From: Candidatus Latescibacterota bacterium
GTDB lineage: Bacteria; Latescibacterota; UBA2968; GCA-2709665
Direction of reading: 5' to 3'
NCBI GenBank assembly: GCA_965219995.1
Contig: CBDCOX010000002.1
Span: 320,001-384,000, forward strand
Length of the DNA: 64,000 bases
In this document: positions 33,378-43,379 of the stretch, one piece after another
How positions within the stretch are numbered: the first letter of the stretch is position 1
Layout of the letters: each line of letters begins with the position of its first letter
Position numbers and translations under genes: made by a program
The notes under the pieces: model-generated
Databases searched by the model: none
Seen by the model: only the letters and a program-made list of their open reading frames with translations
Told to the model about the DNA's origin: nothing

Positions 33378-34394
33378 ATGAAGCCCAAGAACTTCCAGAT
33401 GCCCAGGTCCGTCCAGATCGATGAGGACAGCCTCACCAGTTCATACGGAATGTTTACGGTGCAACCTCTGGAACGTGGATTCGGAACCACAATCGGCAAC
33501 GCATTGCGCAGGGTATTGCTCTCTTCCATAGAAGGCGCCGCCGTGAAGGCCATTCGGGTGAAAGGGGTCCAGCACGAGTTCTCCGTTGTCCAGGGCGTTG
33601 TCGAAGACATGACTGAAATCGTCCTGAATCTCAAAGAGGTCAATCTGCGCATGCATTCGGAGGAAGACAAACAGCTACGAATCGACAAGGCGGGGCCGGG
33701 CGCCCTGACCGCCGCGGAGCTGGAAGTGGACGCGGACATCGAGGTCATGAATCCCGATCAGCACATCGCGTCTCTCGATCAGGACGGCCACCTGGAACTG
33801 GAGATCACCGTGGGCAACGGACGGGGGTATGTTCTTGCCGAAGAGAACAAAGTCGCCGATCCCGCTACCGATACGATCATGCTCGATTCCGCATTTTCTC
33901 CCATCCGGAAAGTGCATTACGAGGTGGACAATGCCCGGGTGGGCCAACAGACGGACTACGATAAACTGACGCTGACCGTCTGGACCAATGGAACGGTCCG
34001 GCCGGACGACGCCGTGGCTCATGCGGCAAAGATACTGAAGGACCATCTGGAACTCTTCATTCACTTCGAGGAAGAGCCGGAGGAGGAGTACGAGGAAGTC
34101 ATCGACGAAGACACGCAGCGTGTGGCCTCGCTTCTTCAGATGCCGGTAGAAGAACTGGAATTATCGGTACGTTCGGCGAATTGTCTCAAGGCTGCCAATA
34201 TTCTGACCCTCGAAGACCTCGTACAAAAGACCGAGACGGAGATGCTGAAGTTCCGGAATTTCGGCCGGAAATCGCTGAACGAGCTGACGGCCATCCTGGA
34301 GGGTCTGGGACTTCAGTTCGGCATGGATATTGCGAAATACAGCGGGATTGCCGCCAGGAGTGATGAGGTGGCGGTGTTGGAAGATGAATTCTAA
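33378..34394 (+). CDS. rpoA: RNA polymerase alpha subunit
   Basis: PLERGFGTTIGNALRRVLL, LELSVRSANCL, NFGRKSL. Confidence 0.98.
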   Translation: MKPKNFQMPRSVQIDEDSLTSSYGMFTVQPLERGFGTTIGNALRRVLLSSIEGAAVKAIRVKGVQHEFSVVQGVVEDMTEIVLNLKEVNLRMHSEEDKQLRIDKAGPGALTAAELEVDADIEVMNPDQHIASLDQDGHLELEITVGNGRGYVLAEENKVADPATDTIMLDSAFSPIRKVHYEVDNARVGQQTDYDKLTLTVWTNGTVRPDDAVAHAAKILKDHLELFIHFEEEPEEEYEEVIDEDTQRVASLLQMPVEELELSVRSANCLKAANILTLEDLVQKTETEMLKFRNFGRKSLNELTAILEGLGLQFGMDIAKYSGIAARSDEVAVLEDEF

Positions 34395-34409
34395 CGGGAA
34401 AGACAAGCT

Positions 34410-34961
34410 ATGAGACACGGAAAGCGGGGGCGCAAGCTCGGACGTACAGCAAGCCACAAGAGAGCGATGATGAATAATATGGCCGCGTCGCTGTTCACGT
34501 ACGGTTCGATACGTACGACCCACGCCAAGGCCAAGGAGTTGCGCGGTCTGGCCGAACGCCTGATCACGTTTGCCAAGCGGGGCGATTTACATGCCAGACG
34601 ACAGGTTCTGCGGCGAATTCGAAACCAGCGTGTGGTGGCGAAACTCTTCGACGAGATCGCAACGTCCTATACCGAACGGAACGGGGGTTACCTGCGATTG
34701 CTCAAACTGGGCCCACGCCGCGGCGACCGCGTCGAAATGTGTCTGGTGGAGATGGTCGGAGAGGAGTCGAGGGCCGATTTCGCCGCGCGTTCGGACTCAC
34801 TCGACGAAACCGATACCGGGCCTGACGGCGTGGAGGCCGAAGAAGGTACCGCTGAGGAGGTCGCGGGCGGATCGGGCGGGCCCTCGCCGGCTCCGGCCGT
34901 TGAGGGAGATTCCGGGGAAGCCGTCGAATCCGGAGAGGAACATAAGCGCACGAAAAAATGA
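34410..34961 (+). CDS. rplQ: 50S ribosomal protein L17 with acidic C-terminal extension
   Basis: MRHGKRGRKLGR, RNGGYLR. Confidence 0.96.
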   Translation: MRHGKRGRKLGRTASHKRAMMNNMAASLFTYGSIRTTHAKAKELRGLAERLITFAKRGDLHARRQVLRRIRNQRVVAKLFDEIATSYTERNGGYLRLLKLGPRRGDRVEMCLVEMVGEESRADFAARSDSLDETDTGPDGVEAEEGTAEEVAGGSGGPSPAPAVEGDSGEAVESGEEHKRTKK

Positions 34962-36268
34962 TCCCGTCGCGTCGTCACAAGTTCAGGATGAGAGGGCAAA
35001 TCGACAAGCCGGTCGATTTGCCCTTTGTCTTCCGGCACGTACCCGGCAGCGGACTCGCCTGTCTCTGCCTCGTGCTTTGCCTTTGGTCGACTGCCGTTGG
35101 CGGGACAGGCAGGCCGAATGACGAATTCCGCGGATTGTGGGTGGTTCGCCACTGGCTGAAGGATCGGGAGCAGGTAACGCGCGCGGTGCGCACCGCCGTG
35201 GAGGCGCGGATGAACGCCCTTCTGGTGCAGGTCCGGGGCCGGGGAGACGCCTTCTACGCCAGCCGACTGGTGCCGCGTGCCGAATCTCTGTCCGAGCCGG
35301 ATTTCGACCCGCTTGCGCTTCTCGTGGAGGAGGGTCACCGGGCGGGGCTGGAAGTGCACGCCTGGGTGAACATCTACCTCACCTGGCACCCGACAGAGCG
35401 CCGCCCTGAGTCGGCGCGGCACATATTTCTGCAGCATCCAGAATGGTTCATGCATTCTGCGGACGGGATCGACCTCGGGCGCGTAGCGCTGAACGGGGTG
35501 GACCTGGTCAGACGTTCCGTGGAGGGGCGGTACCTTTCGCCCGGTAATTCCGAAGTCAGGACCCACTTGCTGGCGGTCATAGAAGAGATCGTCACGAAAT
35601 ACGACGTCGACGGAATTCACATGGATTATGTCCGGTATCCGAATATCCACTATGACTACAATCCGGCCGTGACGGCGGAGTTTACGAGGCGTTTCGGGTT
35701 CGATCCCGCGGAATCGAAAAAAAACAGGCAGAAGCCCAGTGGCGACGGGTCGGGCGCGAGCGAAGTACGAGTGGCATGGGAAAAATGGCGAAGCGGGCAG
35801 GTCAGCGTACTGGTCGGGCAGGTACGCGAGCTGCTTTCGCGCCTGAAGCCCGGCACCAGGCTGTCGGCGGCAGTCAAACCCGACATAGAATTGGCATATA
35901 CGCAATATGGCCAGGATTGGACCAGATGGATAAACGGGGGGCTGGTGGATTTTGTGGTACCCATGTTCTACGAAGGATCCACCGCCGATATCGGACGTCA
36001 GATGACCGAGGCCCGGAAGCGGGTGAAAGCAGGGAATCTGTACGCCGGGATCGGCATATGGAATCAGGAAGCCGACGACACGGTCGCGCAGATTGACGTC
36101 GCTCGCCGCGCGGGCCTGCAGGGCGTGGTGTTGTTTTCCGCCGATGGATTCGTACAGCAGAAGGGTCTGGCGGGCCGTCTGCTGGAGGGTCCGTTTCGTG
36201 AGCCGTCGCCGCTTCCGGCGCGGAAAGCGAAAGAGGAGGGCACCCGTGCTGAAACCCAGGCGCGGTGA
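34958..36268 (+). CDS. GHL10/YddW(DigH)-like glycoside hydrolase, probably exported
   Basis: EFRGLWV, QVRGRGDAFY.S, FDPL, LEVHAW, YDVDGIHMDY.RYP, QDW..W; start uncertain (may be 34988 or 35018). Confidence 0.8.
   Translation: MIPSRRHKFRMRGQIDKPVDLPFVFRHVPGSGLACLCLVLCLWSTAVGGTGRPNDEFRGLWVVRHWLKDREQVTRAVRTAVEARMNALLVQVRGRGDAFYASRLVPRAESLSEPDFDPLALLVEEGHRAGLEVHAWVNIYLTWHPTERRPESARHIFLQHPEWFMHSADGIDLGRVALNGVDLVRRSVEGRYLSPGNSEVRTHLLAVIEEIVTKYDVDGIHMDYVRYPNIHYDYNPAVTAEFTRRFGFDPAESKKNRQKPSGDGSGASEVRVAWEKWRSGQVSVLVGQVRELLSRLKPGTRLSAAVKPDIELAYTQYGQDWTRWINGGLVDFVVPMFYEGSTADIGRQMTEARKRVKAGNLYAGIGIWNQEADDTVAQIDVARRAGLQGVVLFSADGFVQQKGLAGRLLEGPFREPSPLPARKAKEEGTRAETQAR
34993..35031 (+). terminator. probable terminator of the alpha operon
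   Basis: 13-bp stem AGGGCAAATCGAC/GTCGATTTGCCCT followed by TTGTCTT. Confidence 0.6.
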
Positions 36269-37610
36269 CCGGATAGAGATTGACATCGATAGGCTCGACA
36301 GGCGGGGAAATGGCGTGGGCCGCGCCGGCGATTACACGCTGCTGGTTCGCGGTGCGGTGCCCGGAGACCGGGTCCGGGCGCGGGTGCGCAAGGTCCGAAA
36401 CCGGTTGAGAAGGGTCGAAGCCAGGGTGGAGGAACTTCTTTCCTCCGAAATTCGGCGTATCGGTGCAAGCTGTTCTCACTTTGGACTTTGCGGCGGGTGC
36501 CTGTGGCAGGATATCCCATACGAATCACAGGTCCGACTGAAGCAGGACATGGTGAGGAACTGCCTGCTTGAGGCCGGTATCGATACGGAACCCGACGCGC
36601 CGATACCTTCCGGGGAGCCGTTCTTCTACCGGAACAAGATGGAATTCTCGTTTGGCTCGGCGCCGGACGGGCGAAACGAGGTGGGGTTGCACGTCTGGGG
36701 GCGATTCGACCGTGTATTCGACCTGGACGCCTGTCATCTGCAGTCGGAATCGTCCAACCGGATCGTTGAACGCGTGCGCAACATCACCAGGTCTCTCCCC
36801 GTTTACCATTTGAAACGGCACGACGGCCTGCTCCGGTTCCTGACCATACGTGAAGGTAAACTGACGGGTGAAACGATGGTTGTGCTGACCACGTCGGGAG
36901 ACGGGTTTCCCGGGGCGGAGACGTTGGGAAGAACGCTGAGGGAGTCGTTCCCGGAGGTGAAAAGCGTGATCCGCAGCGTAAACCTTCGGCGGGCTCAGGT
37001 GGCGACCGGCGACCGCGAAGAGGTGCTTGCCGGAACGGGCTCGGTGAAAGAAAAACTGGGGGACTTTACGTTCGAGATATCGCCGGGTTCGTTCTTTCAG
37101 ACCAACACCCGACAGGCCGAGCATCTCTACCGGCGGGTCGTCGAGTTGGCAGAGCCCGGTTCGGACGACCGGATTCTGGATGTGTATTGCGGAACGGGCG
37201 CAATTTCGTTGTATCTTTCGCGGAAGGCAGGATACGTACTGGGCATCGAGGTCGTTGAAGGGGCGGTTCGGGATGCGATTCGCAACAGCGCCATCAACGG
37301 CGTGTCCAACTGCCGTTTCATTGCGGGTGCGGCGGAAGATATCCTGTGGCAGATCCGGGAGCAGGGCGAGCGGTTTGAAACCGTGGTCACCGATCCCCCG
37401 CGACCGGGAATGCATCCAAAGGCGTTAACCGCGATCTGTGATCTGCGCCCGGAGCGCATCGTTTACGTCTCGTGTAATCCGGAGGCGCTGGGTTCGGACT
37501 TGAAGCGCCTGGAGGCGGGGGGCTACAGGACGGACTACGTGCAACTCGTGGATATGTTTCCCCACACGCCCCATTGCGAGGTTGTGGCCCGGTTGGCGTA
37601 TACGGCCTGA
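36246..37610 (+). CDS. rlmD: 23S rRNA m5U1939 methyltransferase (TRAM plus 4Fe-4S)
   Basis: CSHFGLCGGC, YRNKMEF, SFFQTN, DVYCGTG, DPPRPG, YVSCNP, DMFPHT.HCE; GTG 36246 with GAGGAGG. Confidence 0.9.
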   Translation: MLKPRRGDRIEIDIDRLDRRGNGVGRAGDYTLLVRGAVPGDRVRARVRKVRNRLRRVEARVEELLSSEIRRIGASCSHFGLCGGCLWQDIPYESQVRLKQDMVRNCLLEAGIDTEPDAPIPSGEPFFYRNKMEFSFGSAPDGRNEVGLHVWGRFDRVFDLDACHLQSESSNRIVERVRNITRSLPVYHLKRHDGLLRFLTIREGKLTGETMVVLTTSGDGFPGAETLGRTLRESFPEVKSVIRSVNLRRAQVATGDREEVLAGTGSVKEKLGDFTFEISPGSFFQTNTRQAEHLYRRVVELAEPGSDDRILDVYCGTGAISLYLSRKAGYVLGIEVVEGAVRDAIRNSAINGVSNCRFIAGAAEDILWQIREQGERFETVVTDPPRPGMHPKALTAICDLRPERIVYVSCNPEALGSDLKRLEAGGYRTDYVQLVDMFPHTPHCEVVARLAYTA

Positions 37611-37640
37611 CGATCCGGAATGCCGCACGACACGCACAGT

Positions 37641-37680
37641 AAAGCAGAGGACGCGGGCGCCCTCTGCTTTTTTATTTTTT
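37641..37680. terminator. bidirectional terminator between convergent rlmD and greA
   Basis: AAAGCAGAGG...CCTCTGCTTT followed by a T-run. Confidence 0.7.
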
Positions 37681-37692
37681 GGAACGGAAGGG

Positions 37693-38166
37693 CTAATCCC
37701 TGCTGATATCCAGAATTTCGTACGCCAGCGTACCCACGGGAACCTTCGCTTCCACCTGCTCTCCAACGCCTTTGCCCAGAAGCGCCCGGCCCACGGGGGA
37801 TTGTGTCGAGATTTTGTTCTGTTCGAAATCGGCCTCGTCGGTGGATACCAGCGTATACCGGATCTGCTCGCCGGTTCTGCGGTCCTTCAACGTGACCGTA
37901 GCGCCAAGATATGCCTTGTCCTTGGCAATCAGGCTTTCGTCGATGATTTCAGACCTGACCAGCTTGTCCTGCAGTTCGGCGATCTTCTTTTCGACGAACA
38001 TCTGACGCTCTTTCGCGCTGTGGTATTCCGCGTTCTCACTCAGGTCTCCGTGTTCCCTGGCGCTGGCGATGGCCTCGATAACCGCCGGCCGTTCCCGGGT
38101 TCTGAGACGCTCCAGTTCGTTCCGGATCTTGTTATAGCCGTCTTTCGTGAGGTAAAGCCGATCCAT
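37693..38166 (-). CDS. greA: transcription elongation factor GreA
   Basis: HGDLSENAEYHSAKE, ISTQSPVGRALLG. Confidence 0.96.
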   Translation of the reverse strand: MDRLYLTKDGYNKIRNELERLRTRERPAVIEAIASAREHGDLSENAEYHSAKERQMFVEKKIAELQDKLVRSEIIDESLIAKDKAYLGATVTLKDRRTGEQIRYTLVSTDEADFEQNKISTQSPVGRALLGKGVGEQVEAKVPVGTLAYEILDISRD

Positions 38167-38318
38167 TGTCCTGTCTCACTTCCTCAGTCACGAGTCGCAG
38201 GGCCTCACGCGCCCTGAAATTTTCCGAAAAAATATCGGGGGTCCGGTTCTGCGGACAACCCCGCTGCGTGTGTCGAAAACGAATTTGGTGAATCCGAAAA
38301 TGGACGCTAAGGTGCTCA

Positions 38319-38347
38319 AAAATAAGGTCTTTTTTGAATAAAGTCAA
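38319..38347 (-). promoter_or_regulatory. sigma70-type promoter for greA
   Basis: Minus strand TTGACT-N17-TATTTT. Confidence 0.55.
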
Positions 38348-38374
38348 GACCAAAAGATCCCTGGCAGGTTCGGT

Positions 38375-38403
38375 TTGACATCTTTCACAAAGGTTGGTAT
38401 ACT
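38375..38403 (+). promoter_or_regulatory. sigma70-type promoter for the dapA-like/adk operon
   Basis: TTGACA-N17-TATACT with TG extension. Confidence 0.7.
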
Positions 38404-38461
38404 ATACGTCTCGTGAGTCCTTCCACCTGAAAAAGTGCCTCACAACACCAACGAGGGGGGA

Positions 38462-39373
38462 ATGGATACCACGTTTGTGCGTGGGCTGATACCGGCACTG
38501 ATTACCCCGATGACCTGCGATGAAGCGCTGGATGAAGCGGGCCTGGAGCGTCTGCTGAATTTCGTGATCGCCGCGGGGGCGCATGGCGTATTTGCAGGGG
38601 GTACCGCCGGAGAGTCCTGGGCCTTGAGCGTGGAAGAGAAGATACGGCTCTACGAGTGGACCGTGGATTATACCGCCGGACGGGTGCCTGTCTACGCGGG
38701 TACCTCGGCGAATTGCACGGCCGAAGCCGTGCGACTGGCCGAAGCGGCGCAGGAGGCGGGGGCCGATTGCCTCTCCGTGCTCACGCCATACTTTATCACG
38801 CCCGGTCCCGGCGAGATGTACGACCACTTCGCCGCCATCGCGCGCGCGGTGGACCTGCCCGTGCTCTTGTACGATCTCCCGGACAGAACGGGAAACAGCC
38901 TTTCGGTAGATCTGGTCATGCGGCTGGCGGCGGCATTCGGCAACATCGTCGGAATCAAGGAAAGTTCGGGCGACTTTTCCCGTACACTCGAGTACCTGCG
39001 GATCGCCCCGGAGGGCTTTCGCGTGATTATGGGCCGCGATACGCTGATCTACGCCGCCCTCGTTCACGGCGCCGCAGGGGCAATTGCAGCAAGCGCCAAC
39101 GTGGCGCCCGAACTCGGGGTTGGCGTCTATGAGCGGTTCCGGGCGGGAGACGCAGACGGCGCGCTGGATTTCCAGCTGCGGCTGGCTCCGCTGAGGTCCG
39201 CGTTTTCGCTTGGAACCCATCCCGCGATGCTCAAGGCCGGGGCAGACCTCGTCGGCGCCTGTGGAGGACCGCCCCGGCGACCCGTGAGCCGTCTGGCGGG
39301 CAGCGATCTGCAAACGTTGAAAACGGTACTTGCAAGGATGGGAAAGTTCCAGGCCAATGCGCCAATTGAGTGA
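38462..39373 (+). CDS. dihydrodipicolinate synthase (DapA/NAL) family protein
   Basis: IPALITP, GTAGE, LLYDLP, VGIKES (Schiff-base Lys). Confidence 0.8.
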   Translation: MDTTFVRGLIPALITPMTCDEALDEAGLERLLNFVIAAGAHGVFAGGTAGESWALSVEEKIRLYEWTVDYTAGRVPVYAGTSANCTAEAVRLAEAAQEAGADCLSVLTPYFITPGPGEMYDHFAAIARAVDLPVLLYDLPDRTGNSLSVDLVMRLAAAFGNIVGIKESSGDFSRTLEYLRIAPEGFRVIMGRDTLIYAALVHGAAGAIAASANVAPELGVGVYERFRAGDADGALDFQLRLAPLRSAFSLGTHPAMLKAGADLVGACGGPPRRPVSRLAGSDLQTLKTVLARMGKFQANAPIE

Positions 39374-39414
39374 ATCGGAAGGGCGGAGACCTGGACATAT
39401 CCACGAGCGGGGGA

Positions 39415-40029
39415 ATGATGGATCGACGGGAGAAGCATCGGACGATTCTGGTGGTTGGTGCACCCGGTTCGGGCAAGGGAACGCAGGGGAAAATCCTGGG
39501 AAGGATACCGGGATTCCACCACCTGGCCTGCGGAGACGTTTTCAGGTCGCTGGATCCGGGCAGCGAGCTGGGCAAGATATTTCTGGCCTATTCCGGCAAG
39601 GGCCGCCTGGTTCCGGACCAGTTCACTGTGCAGCTGTGGCTGGACCACATACGAGGCGCCATTCATAACGGCGGTTTTCGACCTGAAGAGGAAGTGCTCG
39701 TTCTCGACGGCATTCCACGCAATCTGCGCCAGGCCGAAATGATGGTGAACTATATCGACGTCAACCTGCTCATTCACCTGGATACAGCCGACGACAACGT
39801 CCTGGTTGAACGCGCGCTTCGCAGAGCGCTCAGAGAGAACCGGCTCGACGATGCCAGCGAAGCCGTCATCAGGCGGCGGATGCGCGAATTCGAGCGGGAG
39901 ACCGCGCCTCTGCTGGACTATTATCCTGCAGAAGTGATTCGTCGGGTAGACGGAGAACAGAAGCCGGTAGACGTTTTGCATGACGTCATCGGAATCATCC
40001 AGGAAGTCGATGCCGTGACAGGATTCTGA
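39415..40029 (+). CDS. adk: adenylate kinase / nucleoside monophosphate kinase (short, no large LID)
   Basis: GAPGSGKGTQ P-loop, GDVFR, LVPD, LDGIPR..RQA, RLDD. Confidence 0.8.
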   Translation: MMDRREKHRTILVVGAPGSGKGTQGKILGRIPGFHHLACGDVFRSLDPGSELGKIFLAYSGKGRLVPDQFTVQLWLDHIRGAIHNGGFRPEEEVLVLDGIPRNLRQAEMMVNYIDVNLLIHLDTADDNVLVERALRRALRENRLDDASEAVIRRRMREFERETAPLLDYYPAEVIRRVDGEQKPVDVLHDVIGIIQEVDAVTGF

Positions 40030-40231
40030 GACACGCTGTCAATCGGTATGGATGACGGTCGCCTGTTCTCGGGCGGCCGTCGCATTTTAACAGCCCGTTG
40101 ATTACGTCCATCCGGGCTGTTAAGGGTTCGGGAGTTCCGGATCCCGGTTCCGGGTCTCCGCGTTCCCGGCGCACCCCGCCGGCCTTTGGTTTGCGGGCCG
40201 GTTCCATCTCGACGCAGGAGCGAAAGCAGAG

Positions 40232-43200
40232 ATGACTCGTTTGAGTTTCGGCCTGACATTACTGTTCCTGGCGTCGCCGGCCGTGGCGTCGCGTGCGATG
40301 ACGGATTGGGCGGTCTACCAGCAGGACGACGGGCTTGCACACAACGTCGTGACCGCAGTCGTGCAGACGCAAGACGGCGCAATGTGGTTTGCCACACGCG
40401 GGGGTATCTCCCGATACGACGGCAGGACCTGGCGGACGTTTACCGAAAAGCAGGGATTGCCCGGCAACGGTTTCAGTGGACTGTACGAAGCCGAGGATGG
40501 CACCCTGTGGGCCACCGGTGGACTCGGATTTCGCGGGCAGATCGAAAACCACATCGCCCGGCTGGCCGGGGACCGCTGGGAGCCGGTCGAATTGCCCGGA
40601 AACCTCGCGGATGTAAACGTGGGGCCGGTGATCGGCGTCGGCGGTGGCGGCCTGTGTTTTGCGACCGGGGGTATGGGAATACTCCACTTTACCGGTGACG
40701 AATGGAAGACGATCGATGAAGTGGATGGGCTTGCGTCCAACTACGTGCAATGCCTCTTGCGGTCGAAAGACGGCGCCGTATGGGCCGCGTACACGGGGCG
40801 GCGTCCGGGTGTGCCGTCTCCGGCCCGTCCGAGGCGGGGTGGGGGTGGGGGCATGAGCCGGTTCGACCCCGCAACCAATGAATGGGCGGACGTCCACCCG
40901 CCTGGCGAACTGTCGGGTGGAGCGGTCACGACGATGGCACAGGCGGTTGACGGCGCCGTATGGCTGGGCACACTGAATCGCGGCGTCATGCGTTACGACG
41001 GATTGCATTGGCAGGGATTCACCGTCGCGGACGGACTGCCCGCGGACCGGGTGTTGTCCGTGGCCGCGGCGCCCGACGGGTCGATCTGGGTGGGAACCGT
41101 GGGGGGCGTGGTGCGGTTCGCGGCATCCGAAAGTGAATCGCAGGTGGGGGATCGCGGGCCGGTTCTTCAGGTCTTTACGGAGGAGAACGGGCTTCCCAGC
41201 AATCTGGTGACGTCCGTCAGCACAAGCACAGACGGTTCCGTCTGGGTGGGAACGGCATGGGGTGTGGCGCGGTACGGCGCTACCGGCTGGGACCACCATA
41301 CCCGTTGGGCGGGAGCGTCCGACCGTGGCGGGGTGGCCCTTGAACGTACGGCGGACGGCCGCTTGTGGGCGGCCACCGGAGAGCGGGTCTACGAATATGA
41401 CGGCGCCAACTGGAACGAGGCGTACCGGATTCGGAGGAACGGCCGCAGAAGGCCCGGGCGCATCGTGGCGCTGAAAAAAGGACGGGGCGGTACGCTCTGG
41501 GCCGCCGTCGGCCGGCGAGTGTTACGGTATGACGGCGTCTATTGGAAGGAATTCGGACTGCCCCTGTCGGGCCCCGGGTCGCGGATTCTCTCTATGTTTC
41601 CCGCGCGTTCCGGCGGGGCGTGGGCAGGCACGCGCGCCGGGCTCTTTAGACTCGACGGGGAGGAATGGTCCGCGCACACACCCGGGGTGTCAGGTGGAGT
41701 GAATGCGGTATACGAGTCAGGCGATGGCGCCCTCTGGCTTGGCGCCGCGGCCGGTGTCGTTCTGGAGAAAGACGGCGAACGAAGGACGTTCACCACTGTC
41801 CACGGGTTGCCCGACGAGCCGGTCATCGCGCTGGCGGAAGCGCACGGCGCCGTGTGGGCCGCAACCCGATTTAAGGGCATGTTTCGGTACAATCGGGGTG
41901 CGTGGGAGGCCGTTCCGAGCGGAGATCAGACCGTTTTCGGCGGGGCGCACAGGCTTTTCGTGGATGACGACGGCATACTCTGGCTGGCGTCTCTTGCAAT
42001 AGGCGCCGTCCATACCGACGGGGAGACCTGGACGCGATACACGACGCGCAGCGGCCTGCCCGGCGCCAGCGTGTGGGACATCGCACAGGACAGGCACGGC
42101 CGTTTCTGGTTTGCAACGGACAGGGGGCTGGGATGCTATACGAGAGATGCGATCGCACCGGAAACAACGCTATCCATGCCTTCCAACGAAGTGGCGCCCT
42201 ACCAGAGTGTGTTGTTCAAGTTCTCCGGTCAGGATGCATGGAAGGAGACCCCAACGCGGGATCTGAAATACGCGTGGCGGGTGGACGGCGGCGACTGGTC
42301 GGTGTTTTCGGGCGAGGACCAGGCGCTCCTCGGCCGCGTTGATCCGGGACCTCACACGTTCGAGGTGCGTGCGATGGACCGGGTATTCAATGTAGATCCG
42401 ACGCCGGCGCGCCGCACGTTCGTGGTTCTGGCGCCGGTCTGGCAGCGGCCGTGGTTCGTGGCGCTCAGTGTATTTTCTTTCGTGGCCCTTTGCGTATCGT
42501 CCGGCTACGCGCTGCACCGTCATCGGCGGTGGCGGGAGGCGCAGGCGCGGCAGATTCAAGAGCTGGAATCCGAGTTGCAGCAGGCACACAGGATGCAGAT
42601 GGGTCTGCTGCCCACAGGCCCGATCCGGGACGAATCCTTTGAAATCGCGGGGGTGTGCGCGCCCGCGAACCACGTAGGCGGCGACTATTTCAATTATTTC
42701 TGGCTTGACGAGCGTACGCTGGGCTTCGGCGCGGCGGACGTATCGGGAAAGGCGATGGAGGCCGCGGTTCGCGCGATGCAGTTGAGCGGAATATTCAGGT
42801 ACGAATTTCGAGGCCGGAGGCCGCTGAACGAGGTAGCAATGCGGCTGGACGAGGATCTGAAAGAGCAGATGGACGAGGCCAGTTTCGTCACCTGCTGCCT
42901 CGGCACGCTGGACCTCGACACACGGTGTGTGCAACTGATCAATGCCGCCCATCCCTTCCCGTATCACTATTCCGCCAGCGCTCAGGAGTTGCGCGAAATT
43001 CACCTGCCGTCCATACCATTGGGCATGGTGTTGCCCCCGGGAAGCCCCGGCGGGCACGCGGAGGCCGCCATCCGCGTCGCACCGGACGACTTGCTGGTGT
43101 TCTACAGCGATGGTGTAACGGATATGAGGAACCCGGAGGGGGAATTCTACGAGGCGGATCGGCTGGAACAGACCATCAAGGCGCACATTCAGGCAGGCGC

Positions 43201-43324
43201 CGCGGATCTGGTTTCGGTGATCCTCGAGGATGTAAACCGTTTCAAGGGAGAGGCGTCTCAGTCAGACGATATCACGCTTCTGGTGATTCGAATGCTGAAG
43301 GGCGGCCGCGCGGAAACCGGCTGA
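40232..43324 (+). CDS. membrane sensor: beta-propeller repeats, Ig-like domain, TM and SpoIIE/PP2C phosphatase
   Basis: Signal peptide; repeated DG..W..T..G and GLPSN motifs; HTFEVRA.D; PVWQRPWF TM; VGGDYF, ADVSGK, YSDGVTD, SDDIT. Confidence 0.85.
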   Translation: MTRLSFGLTLLFLASPAVASRAMTDWAVYQQDDGLAHNVVTAVVQTQDGAMWFATRGGISRYDGRTWRTFTEKQGLPGNGFSGLYEAEDGTLWATGGLGFRGQIENHIARLAGDRWEPVELPGNLADVNVGPVIGVGGGGLCFATGGMGILHFTGDEWKTIDEVDGLASNYVQCLLRSKDGAVWAAYTGRRPGVPSPARPRRGGGGGMSRFDPATNEWADVHPPGELSGGAVTTMAQAVDGAVWLGTLNRGVMRYDGLHWQGFTVADGLPADRVLSVAAAPDGSIWVGTVGGVVRFAASESESQVGDRGPVLQVFTEENGLPSNLVTSVSTSTDGSVWVGTAWGVARYGATGWDHHTRWAGASDRGGVALERTADGRLWAATGERVYEYDGANWNEAYRIRRNGRRRPGRIVALKKGRGGTLWAAVGRRVLRYDGVYWKEFGLPLSGPGSRILSMFPARSGGAWAGTRAGLFRLDGEEWSAHTPGVSGGVNAVYESGDGALWLGAAAGVVLEKDGERRTFTTVHGLPDEPVIALAEAHGAVWAATRFKGMFRYNRGAWEAVPSGDQTVFGGAHRLFVDDDGILWLASLAIGAVHTDGETWTRYTTRSGLPGASVWDIAQDRHGRFWFATDRGLGCYTRDAIAPETTLSMPSNEVAPYQSVLFKFSGQDAWKETPTRDLKYAWRVDGGDWSVFSGEDQALLGRVDPGPHTFEVRAMDRVFNVDPTPARRTFVVLAPVWQRPWFVALSVFSFVALCVSSGYALHRHRRWREAQARQIQELESELQQAHRMQMGLLPTGPIRDESFEIAGVCAPANHVGGDYFNYFWLDERTLGFGAADVSGKAMEAAVRAMQLSGIFRYEFRGRRPLNEVAMRLDEDLKEQMDEASFVTCCLGTLDLDTRCVQLINAAHPFPYHYSASAQELREIHLPSIPLGMVLPPGSPGGHAEAAIRVAPDDLLVFYSDGVTDMRNPEGEFYEADRLEQTIKAHIQAGAADLVSVILEDVNRFKGEASQSDDITLLVIRMLKGGRAETG

Positions 43325-43379
43325 TGAAACCCGAGACACCCGGTGTTTGCAGGCCGCGTCACGTCGTGTGACAGGGTGC

